The notes beneath the pieces are model-generated. The model ran no database searches and had not been told where the DNA came from. It worked only from the letters and a program-made list of their open reading frames with translations. DNA of 52,596 nucleotides, taken from positions 1 through 52,596 of the IMG/VR virus record IMGVR_UViG_3300048057_000049, one strand, 5' to 3'. Source of the DNA: a virus. This document shows, in pieces, positions 23,546-30,445 of this stretch. Position 1 is the stretch's first letter, and each line of letters starts with the position of its first letter. Both the position numbers and the translations under genes were made by a program.

Positions 23546-24616
23546 ATGAAAAAAGACAGCGACATAACACCTACAATTCCCCCCTCAGCGCACACGTCCC
23601 CTCACATCCCCCCACGTGCTGACGCACAAACCGGCACATCCTCACCCACAACGGCTGAGGATCAGCCACCAACACACGTGCTTCCCCCAGCTGGAACATC
23701 CCCCAACGAAACGGCCGTTCAGGAGGCAACCGCCCTTATGGAAGCACTGGCCGGCACATCCTCACCCACAGAGAACGTGTCCCCCCCCACTCCGCACATG
23801 CAGGCGCATACCAACACGGCCGTTGATCAACCAGAGAATCGGCAACAAGACGAGACCACCTTAGAGTGGTTCGCCAGGTCATTGGCTAAACCAAAGGAAG
23901 AGGATATGTCCGAGATGATACGCTGGACACAGCAGCGTATTATCAAAGAGCAGATGGTTGAATACCATGCTAGATGGATTGAAAAGACGATCCCCATGCT
24001 AAAACGCCTGGACAACGTGCCACACGTGCATGACCGCATCCTGATGAAGCGTACCATTCTGCTTATCGTCACGGCCGATTACCTAGCCGAGACCAGACAG
24101 AGCGTGTTCGACATGGATGTCACAGCCAACAGGCAAGCATGGACGCGGTGGATGAAACGGCCGGAGATCCGAGCAGTCTACGATGACATCTTTAGTGCCA
24201 TGGAATCCGAAGTGCTGAACCATGAGCTATCTGCTATTCGTGCAGCTACCCGAACTACACGTGTGTCAGCAGCCCGAGCAGCCGAAGTTCGAGCATCCTT
24301 GCTAGAGCACGATAACCCATGGGTACAGTTGACCGCTGCGCGTGATGTATTGCAGTCTGCGTCATCTGATACGGCTAGTAAACAGTCTATTCGTGTACAG
24401 GCTGCTTTGTCAGAAGGACAGGTAGAAGAACTGCTCGCACGTGCTAACGCAGAACTGACCAAGTGGAGCCAGCTACCCCCATTGACAGATAGCAATGATA
24501 GACAGTCTATCGTCGTGGTTGACATGCCAACCAAACAAGCCACCATAGAGGGTGATGACCCACCCGTTGAGGGACGCACCGGCCAGTCTAAGCATGGGCC
24601 AGCAGACCAGGAATAG
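23546..24616 (+). CDS. hypothetical protein with a Pro/Thr/Ser-rich repetitive N-terminus and a helical C-terminal domain
   Basis: 356 aa. AGTSSPT occurs twice. It is the last gene before the 1-kb non-coding block. Confidence 0.55.
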   Translation: MKKDSDITPTIPPSAHTSPHIPPRADAQTGTSSPTTAEDQPPTHVLPPAGTSPNETAVQEATALMEALAGTSSPTENVSPPTPHMQAHTNTAVDQPENRQQDETTLEWFARSLAKPKEEDMSEMIRWTQQRIIKEQMVEYHARWIEKTIPMLKRLDNVPHVHDRILMKRTILLIVTADYLAETRQSVFDMDVTANRQAWTRWMKRPEIRAVYDDIFSAMESEVLNHELSAIRAATRTTRVSAARAAEVRASLLEHDNPWVQLTAARDVLQSASSDTASKQSIRVQAALSEGQVEELLARANAELTKWSQLPPLTDSNDRQSIVVVDMPTKQATIEGDDPPVEGRTGQSKHGPADQE

Positions 24617-24624
24617 ACGGCCGT

Positions 24625-24863
24625 GTTCTCCATTGAGAACAAACAATATAAATACTCGATAGTCTTAACACGTAAGTGGTAAGACTATCGAGTATAAGAG
24701 GACTATACCCACACGGCCGTATCGTACGTACGGCCGTGTGGGTATAGGGGGTGCATGTGTGGGTCAGGAAGGTTGGATCACATGCACGTTTAACTATACC
24801 GATAGGTATAGTTAAACAAAAAAAGATGGTACCAAAGAGGTGGCCGGCCGGAGTGCTGGCCAC
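24625..24863. other. cluster of six consecutive hairpins / palindromes
   Basis: Stems at 24625-24640 (6 bp), 24652-24695 (16 bp), 24703-24747 (19 bp), 24751-24787 (9 bp), 24788-24817 (13 bp) and 24840-24863 (6 bp). Confidence 0.85.
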
Positions 24864-25253
24864 ACACGACTTGTCGTGGTTAGAGAGGTCAGCGCAAATT
24901 TTCGGCAGGGATCCCCATTGCAAAATCCATCTTTTTGGAACATCAACCAACATAGGGAAGATACTTAAAAATAAGGGAAGGGGCGGCACAACTATAATTT
25001 TTCTGGCATACCCTGGAAGTTTAAAAAAAGTCCTCTACTATTAGTTGTTATGCTTGTTTTGACAATCGCCAAGTAATAAACGAAGAGACCAAAAACGACG
25101 TGGTTGTCCATATACATTTGTATTGTTTTGCTTGTTTTAGTTGTTTTGCCCCAATGCTACGCAAGCAAAACAAGCAATTCAGAAGGGCATTGACATTGAA
25201 TAGAATTACGACCACGTTGGAGGGAAACAGGGGCCTTCACAATGGTACATATG

Positions 25254-25319
25254 GTAACTTGTAGTTACCATAGTAGTAACTTGTAGTTACCATAGTAGTA
25301 ACTTGTAGTTACCATAGTA
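25254..25319. repeat. 22-bp tandem repeat x3 (gtaacttgtagttaccatagta), each unit containing the inverted repeat gtaac-ttgta-gttac
   Basis: Exact copies at 25254, 25276 and 25298. Confidence 0.95.
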
Positions 25320-25398
25320 GTTTGTTATCAAATAATAGCATCTCCATAACCCAGGAGAAAGCAGGTAAAGCTAGGAGCCTCACGAAACGGCCGAAATA

Positions 25399-25500
25399 TA
25401 TGTCGGTTTTAAGTCTTTATGTCGGTTTTAAGTCTTTATGTCGGTTTTAAGTCTTTATGTCGGTTTTAAGTCTTTATGTCGGTTTTAAGTCTTTATGTCG
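25399..25500. repeat. 19-bp tandem repeat x5.4 (tatgtcggttttaagtctt)
   Basis: Exact copies at 25399, 25418, 25437, 25456 and 25475, plus a partial copy at 25494. Confidence 0.95.
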
Positions 25501-25555
25501 CGACGTCTCATGGATACATTGCACACAAATACGGCCGAGTAAAGCAAAGAGGGCC

Positions 25556-25584
25556 TTGATCAATACGGGACAGTAAGATACAAT
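25556..25584 (+). promoter_or_regulatory. sigma70-like promoter candidate (TTGATC, 17-nt spacer, TACAAT) upstream of 25632
   Basis: -35 at 25556-25561 and -10 at 25579-25584, about 55 nt downstream of the 19-bp iterons. Confidence 0.45.
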
Positions 25585-25631
25585 ATAGAGAGAGCAGCAA
25601 AAAAGCATAATTTTAGTAAAGGGGAAATCAA

Positions 25632-26156
25632 ATGATAACAAAAAAGCGAATATTATTAATCGGATTGACTGCAGCATTTATTCTAGCGGTAGCTTTGATC
25701 ATGAAGGTAAATGCGGAAGCAGAAACCATCGGCGATGTCTATATAATCGGGATGCAAGGAAAGCACCGCGAAGACGAGAACGGAAACCTACAAAACGCCA
25801 CATTATATTTTGTAATGGGGCTTCCGCATGACAATGAAAAGTGCAAGCAAGGCAGAGCGCAAGCAGTAGTCAGCATCCGACATTGGCCGAAATGGGGAAC
25901 CGAGATAGCCAGGAATGACGAGGTTTGCGGTCCAGTCGATCTAAGGGCGATGAAAGGGTTTGCCACAATTTTAATGTGGTCTTTGAGATCGGAGGAGCGC
26001 AATTTATCTCCTGATCCATTAGGGAAATATGTTAACTGGCAAGAGGTCATTCGTATATCGCAAGAGGAGATCCTGTATTTCAGGCGAGATGTGGCACCGG
26101 CCTACCAAGGCCGAGGTTATTGGGGAGTGTATACTCCATTGATAAAGAGGAGGTAA
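25632..26156 (+). CDS. exported hypothetical protein (paralog of 12730..13287)
   Basis: SD aaagggga upstream. Signal sequence ending KVNA-EA. Shared motifs ETIGDVYI, VCGPVDLRAM and PDPLGKYVNWQE. Confidence 0.6.
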   Translation: MITKKRILLIGLTAAFILAVALIMKVNAEAETIGDVYIIGMQGKHREDENGNLQNATLYFVMGLPHDNEKCKQGRAQAVVSIRHWPKWGTEIARNDEVCGPVDLRAMKGFATILMWSLRSEERNLSPDPLGKYVNWQEVIRISQEEILYFRRDVAPAYQGRGYWGVYTPLIKRR

Positions 26157-26161
26157 ACAAG

Positions 26162-26608
26162 ATGCTCAAATCACATAAAACAAAAGCAGAAATGGCAAAG
26201 GAATTAAAGAGCCTTCGAGAATATAATGATCGGATCAAGGTCATAAATGATCAGTTACGTGCCGAGAACAAGGAATTACATGTAAAAGGCCGGCACGTTG
26301 GAACGTGGGTGGCAGCAAAGAATATACAGCCAAATCACAATGAGGATGTGCTCGTGATGTTATACGATCGCAAGAAAGACAGACAGCATCTCGTCATGGG
26401 TAGTTGGGAAGCTCAGAAGGATGATTGGTTGGTATTCATCGAGAGTTGGGAGTGGGTAGGCGAGATACCAGACAGCTATGTAAGCTATTGGGCAGAACCG
26501 CACTATCCGCCTAAACCGATTGCAGACGGCAAGTGGGCCAAGCGCATAAAGGAGTACAACGAACCGTCTAAACCGCTAGATTTAGATCTAGATGATATTC
26601 CATACTAG
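26162..26608 (+). CDS. hypothetical protein, C-terminal DUF551-like
   Basis: ATG at 26162 after aggagg. The pattern W..P..DVLV...W...W....VSYWAEPHYPPKP resembles DUF551 (from memory). Confidence 0.5.
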   Translation: MLKSHKTKAEMAKELKSLREYNDRIKVINDQLRAENKELHVKGRHVGTWVAAKNIQPNHNEDVLVMLYDRKKDRQHLVMGSWEAQKDDWLVFIESWEWVGEIPDSYVSYWAEPHYPPKPIADGKWAKRIKEYNEPSKPLDLDLDDIPY

Positions 26609-26686
26609 AGAGCATACAGGAGTGGCTGCGACGTTGACGGCGATGGCTCCGACTTCGACAGCGACCACGATACCATAGGATATGAC

Positions 26687-27037
26687 ATGAGACAAGATCT
26701 ACTCAATAAAGACGATACCATAGCTGAATTAATGCGTGAACTGCGCGATCGTATTGGCGGCACATTGGAGCAGGCCAATCAGATTGACGAGTTGAGGCGG
26801 GAGAATGAACAGCTCCGCGCCGAAAGCCAGTATATTGCAGCAACCGCCATCGGTTACGAAAAATCATTAGTTTCCAGCAATGACGAAAACGACCGCCTTC
26901 GCGCCGAACTCGCACGAATTAAGCCGAGTTGGGATGATGCGCCGGAGTGGGCAGTAAAGAGGATAGTTCATTCACAATGGGTAGACGAGCATAACCAAAC
27001 AAAGGACATTGAATACACACTGGAGAATCGACCATGA
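26687..27037 (+). CDS. coiled-coil hypothetical protein
   Basis: 116 aa with heptad-like, charged sequence. Confidence 0.5.
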   Translation: MRQDLLNKDDTIAELMRELRDRIGGTLEQANQIDELRRENEQLRAESQYIAATAIGYEKSLVSSNDENDRLRAELARIKPSWDDAPEWAVKRIVHSQWVDEHNQTKDIEYTLENRP

Positions 27038-27210
27038 CAGAATCAGACCGAGACATACTGCTGCAAACGATAGCCAGCAAGAACCGCATAATAGCTGACT
27101 TGCGCGCCGCTAATGCCCGCCTTGAACGCCAAATCGCAGACAAAGAGCGGGGCGACGATGAATACGCCGCGTTGGTCGAGCAGCATATTCGCGATAATAT
27201 TCTGTATTAA
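27034..27210 (+). CDS. small coiled-coil ORF (58 aa, below the track cutoff)
   Basis: ATGA start/stop overlap with the upstream gene (MTESDRDILLQTIASKNRIIADLRAANARLERQ...). Confidence 0.4.
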   Translation: MTESDRDILLQTIASKNRIIADLRAANARLERQIADKERGDDEYAALVEQHIRDNILY

Positions 27211-27222
27211 ATAAAAGATTTT

Positions 27223-27450
27223 ATGACATCAGATATTAACCCATGGACTGAACAACAGTTCAAAACAGAACTACGAAAAGCGGGATACAAATCAATGGGA
27301 CAAGGATGCTACCGGCACAACCAGACAAAGTACATCTTTTGTTGCTGGACGTGGGTGCAGACGACAATGATTGGAGAAAGCGAAGTACAGGTAAATGGTG
27401 AACAATGGCGAGCATGGGCAGCGGCGCACAAAACGCCACCACCGTTTTGA
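27223..27450 (+). CDS. hypothetical protein
   Basis: 75-aa ORF. Confidence 0.45.
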   Translation: MTSDINPWTEQQFKTELRKAGYKSMGQGCYRHNQTKYIFCCWTWVQTTMIGESEVQVNGEQWRAWAAAHKTPPPF

Positions 27451-27461
27451 GGAGATATAAT

Positions 27462-27821
27462 ATGGATATGATTGAACTAGCAAAAATGGAATTGAAGTTG
27501 GTTAGCAGTGGCGTTCCGGTACCCATAACCGCAACTACAGCAAGCGAACTGATTAATCACATTGAAAAGCTAGAAAAGCGCACCACGATCTTAAAGGAAC
27601 GATTAAACAGGCTAGGCCAGGAATACGAAAACTCCTGCAACGAAACAGAAAGTCACTGGCACCAAATCAGCATAGAGGCATACGAGCAATATATGGAGTT
27701 ACTCAACCTGGTGAGAAACGTACTGAAACTCAGCGGTGATTTAGAAGATTACCTAAGCTTAATAAAATATGTCGATTACCAAGACGTGATAGAGGTAGAA
27801 TGGGAATTATCAGCGCTATAA
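27462..27821 (+). CDS. hypothetical protein
   Basis: ATG at 27462 after gaggaga. The track start at 27405 overlaps the upstream gene. Confidence 0.5.
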   Translation: MDMIELAKMELKLVSSGVPVPITATTASELINHIEKLEKRTTILKERLNRLGQEYENSCNETESHWHQISIEAYEQYMELLNLVRNVLKLSGDLEDYLSLIKYVDYQDVIEVEWELSAL

Positions 27822-28021
27822 TAATTATATTATACCTGCTTATAGGTTGTGTACTGGCAGGTTTCGCGACATACAACGCCATCGTGATCGGCGAAGAAAT
27901 GGATGTCGAAGTAGAAATACTAACATGGGATATAATGAAGATTATACTTTTAGCAGTGATTTTCTGGTTTCCACTAGGAATTCTATTTGAGATAAGAAGG
28001 AGAAAAGGGAGAAAAAGATGA
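27800..28021 (+). CDS. small two-TM membrane protein (holin-like architecture)
   Basis: Two hydrophobic helices plus a basic C-terminal tail RRRKGRKR. 73 aa. Confidence 0.4.
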   Translation: MGIISAIIIILYLLIGCVLAGFATYNAIVIGEEMDVEVEILTWDIMKIILLAVIFWFPLGILFEIRRRKGRKR

Positions 28022-28737
28022 AAAACAACCACAAGCAAATTATACCCATAATTGGCATAGCGATAATCATGCTCAGTATAACTGCCCTTGCTTGGCTAAC
28101 GTCAACAGCACAAAACAAAGCAGCGGCATATACAACGACTTGCGATCTAGATGATACGGATTGTCTGGACGCTTTTAGCCAGCTGGCACTTAGCCTCGCG
28201 GCAGATGAAGAGCATGTCTACCTGCCAATCATCAGGGGCGAGGTAATGGGGCCACCCTATTTACCAACAGCCAGTCCAGTGCCACCAACACAGACGGCCG
28301 TTGTTATCACAGGCGAACCGCCACCAACCATAATTGTCACTGAGATTGTGACCGTGACTCAAGAAGTTACTCCACCACCAACCATAATTGTCACTGAGAT
28401 TGTGACCGTGACTCAAGTAGTTACACCAACGCCAACGAACACACCAACAAACACGGCAACGTCTACACCTACATTTACACCGACAAACACAGCAACGCCG
28501 TGGCCTGGAAACACGTGGACACCAATTCCACCAACCGCGACAAACACGCCAACGCCAGAACCATGGAATACGTGGACACCGACACCAACCGAAACGGCCG
28601 TACCTACGTTTACGCCAACGATTGAACCATGGAACACGTGGACACCAATTCCACCAACCGCGACAAACACGCCAACGCCAGAACCATGGAATACGTGGAC
28701 ACCGACACCAACCGAAACGGCGACGACGATACCATAG
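28018..28737 (+). CDS. membrane-anchored Pro/Thr-rich repeat protein
   Basis: N-terminal TM segment IIPIIGIAIIMLSITALAWL, then an 18-aa repeat x2 and a 30-aa repeat x2. The antisense ORFs are repeat artefacts. Confidence 0.55.
   Translation: MKNNHKQIIPIIGIAIIMLSITALAWLTSTAQNKAAAYTTTCDLDDTDCLDAFSQLALSLAADEEHVYLPIIRGEVMGPPYLPTASPVPPTQTAVVITGEPPPTIIVTEIVTVTQEVTPPPTIIVTEIVTVTQVVTPTPTNTPTNTATSTPTFTPTNTATPWPGNTWTPIPPTATNTPTPEPWNTWTPTPTETAVPTFTPTIEPWNTWTPIPPTATNTPTPEPWNTWTPTPTETATTIP
28321..28428 (+). repeat. 54-bp coding tandem repeat x2 (PPPTIIVTEIVTVTQEVT)
   Basis: Near-identical copies at 28321 and 28375. Confidence 0.9.
28510..28722 (+). repeat. 90-bp coding repeat x2 at 123-bp spacing (NTWTPIPPTATNTPTPEPWNTWTPTPTETA)
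   Basis: Copies at 28510-28599 and 28633-28722. Confidence 0.9.
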
Positions 28738-28756
28738 GGGCCATGAGGGGATCGCT

Positions 28757-29113
28757 ATGCCAGCAGACATGAGCAAATATCCTGATAATTGGGCTGAAAT
28801 CAGAGAGCAGATTCTTACCCGAGCAGGCGGTGATATTACAGGAGATATACGGAAAGGTGCCTCGTGCGAGTGGTGCGGCGCAGAGAATCACAAGCCACAT
28901 CCAATAACCGGCAGCGTTGTTGTTTTGACAATCGCGCATCTGGACGATCCCAATCCAATGAATTGTGATGCTAATAATTTGGCGGCATTGTGCCAGAAAT
29001 GTCACAACAGTTATGATGCTCCAATGAGAGCGCAGAACAGAAAAAAGAGAGAAAGAAAAGAGCAGATAGAAAACGGACAAATGACGTTATTTATGGAAAT
29101 AATGGACAAATGA
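28757..29113 (+). CDS. HNH endonuclease
   Basis: CEWCG...H...N...AHLD...NNLAALCQKCHNSYD, i.e. Cys pairs plus the H-N-H signature. The ATG at 28757 is preferred to the track start at 28622, which overlaps the upstream gene. Confidence 0.8.
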   Translation: MPADMSKYPDNWAEIREQILTRAGGDITGDIRKGASCEWCGAENHKPHPITGSVVVLTIAHLDDPNPMNCDANNLAALCQKCHNSYDAPMRAQNRKKRERKEQIENGQMTLFMEIMDK

Positions 29114-29766
29114 GACAGGTGAAACAAACCGACATAGTAAGCGGCATGAAAAATGCCAGTAAAAATATGATCCTCAGCTTTGGTTCTATGGCTACGGGCC
29201 TGGTATTGTTCATGAACATCTACACAGATTACAAGACCAGTCCACAATGGCGCGTGATTTACGCGATCATGTTTGTCGTCCTCATGGGGGGAGGGTTTTG
29301 GTCGCTGGTCTTGAACACCATTAACTACGTCAAATTTTCAGAGTTAAAGATAGGGCCACCACGACGCGGCCGTATAGTACGAACAGATCAGACGAGCAGT
29401 CCAACAAACGTCGAGCTAGTGCCGAATGAGAATGAGCAAGCAGCAGCAGAGCCGGTCAAATATGCGCTTGAAGTACAGACAACAGACAACCAGATCAGGC
29501 GATCAATTTATAGATTTTCAGAGAAAGAGTGGAAACGGCTCCATGATCGGCTGCGTTATACAGGTTGGGGCTGGAGCAAAAGGCGTCTAGGAAAAACAAA
29601 AATATTCACGACAGACAACATAGGTGCCAATGTAAGTGCGCCCAATGTATACGAGACCATCACAAAAGAGTTTATCAAAATAGGTGCAGTGGGGGGAGAG
29701 AAAGGAAAGCGGATTGTAACGATTGAAGGGCAGCGAGCATTAAAAAAAGCAGCAAGGGTGGAATAG
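29110..29766 (+). CDS. hypothetical protein with N-terminal TM helices
   Basis: 218 aa with an ATGA overlap on the HNH gene and two hydrophobic segments. Its position would fit a small terminase, but no motif supports that. Confidence 0.5.
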   Translation: MRQVKQTDIVSGMKNASKNMILSFGSMATGLVLFMNIYTDYKTSPQWRVIYAIMFVVLMGGGFWSLVLNTINYVKFSELKIGPPRRGRIVRTDQTSSPTNVELVPNENEQAAAEPVKYALEVQTTDNQIRRSIYRFSEKEWKRLHDRLRYTGWGWSKRRLGKTKIFTTDNIGANVSAPNVYETITKEFIKIGAVGGEKGKRIVTIEGQRALKKAARVE

Positions 29767-29771
29767 ACAAA

Positions 29772-30101
29772 ATGCGAGCATACACAGCATTTAGTAAAAC
29801 GGGTGGGCCAGAAGAAGGGGCAATATTAGTTTTTGCCTCTTCGGTGAAAGAGGCAAAAGCAAAAGTTTATCCGTTAATGCTAGACGAAATATGGCAGGAC
29901 TGGATAGATCTTGGAGTCAAGTGGATAAAGGAACCAGGTCATTTATTCGAGTGTGCGGATCAGAACAAACTAGCCAAGAATGAGGCGCATGTGATCTATA
30001 ATCCACCATCATGCAGAGTTTGTTACCAGTGGGGTCCGGAAATAAGTGATAATGGCGAACTATGCTCTTATTGCCATAAAGAATGTCTAGGGACTTTATA
30101 G
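29772..30101 (+). CDS. hypothetical protein with a C-terminal CxxC...CxxC zinc-ribbon-like motif
   Basis: 109 aa; the motif reads CRVC...CSYC. Confidence 0.5.
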   Translation: MRAYTAFSKTGGPEEGAILVFASSVKEAKAKVYPLMLDEIWQDWIDLGVKWIKEPGHLFECADQNKLAKNEAHVIYNPPSCRVCYQWGPEISDNGELCSYCHKECLGTL

Positions 30102-30150
30102 TCTCAGCCCCCTGCCCTAAGTGTGAACCTCTACCACACGGCCGCGCGTA

Positions 30151-30184
30151 GGGATATTCGGATATTCGGATATTCGGGATATCC
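30151..30184. repeat. 8-bp tandem repeat GGATATTC x3 ending in the palindrome GGATATCC, in the non-coding gap upstream of the terminase block
   Basis: gggatattcggatattcggatattcgggatatcc. Confidence 0.9.
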
Positions 30185-30206
30185 AAGAGAGAAAGGAGAA
30201 AACAGC

Positions 30207-30407
30207 ATGATCGCAATAGGAACCAGAGTTATTCTAAAAGGCAAAAGAAATCACATGTTAAACGGCAAGAAAGGCACCATCGTTGGTATAGAAACACATG
30301 GAGTGACACGGGTAAAATATTACCGAATTGAACAGATAGAGGGACTACACCCAAGCTCCAGTCACATGTACAAAGTAAACCAGGTGCAGGAGATAAACTA
30401 TCCTTAA
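30207..30407 (+). CDS. small hypothetical protein
   Basis: ATG at 30207 after aaaggaga. The track start at 30123 runs through the upstream repeat region. Confidence 0.45.
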   Translation: MIAIGTRVILKGKRNHMLNGKKGTIVGIETHGVTRVKYYRIEQIEGLHPSSSHMYKVNQVQEINYP

Positions 30408-30445
30408 GGACAACCTAAAGACTTATATGCTATACTGTATAAGTC

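Noticed and set aside
24588-25044. ORFs 24751..25044 (+) and 24588..24989 (-)
   Set aside because: Both run through the stacked hairpins, have no SD, and have odd composition. The region is treated as non-coding.
25399-25500. 19-bp repeats as a CRISPR-like array
   Set aside because: They are perfect head-to-tail tandem copies with no spacers.
28261-29080. Antisense ORFs 28261..28776, 28413..28670 and 28610..29080
   Set aside because: They are mirror images of the PT-rich repeat gene and the HNH gene. The translations are Trp/Arg/Cys- or Gly/Val-rich nonsense.
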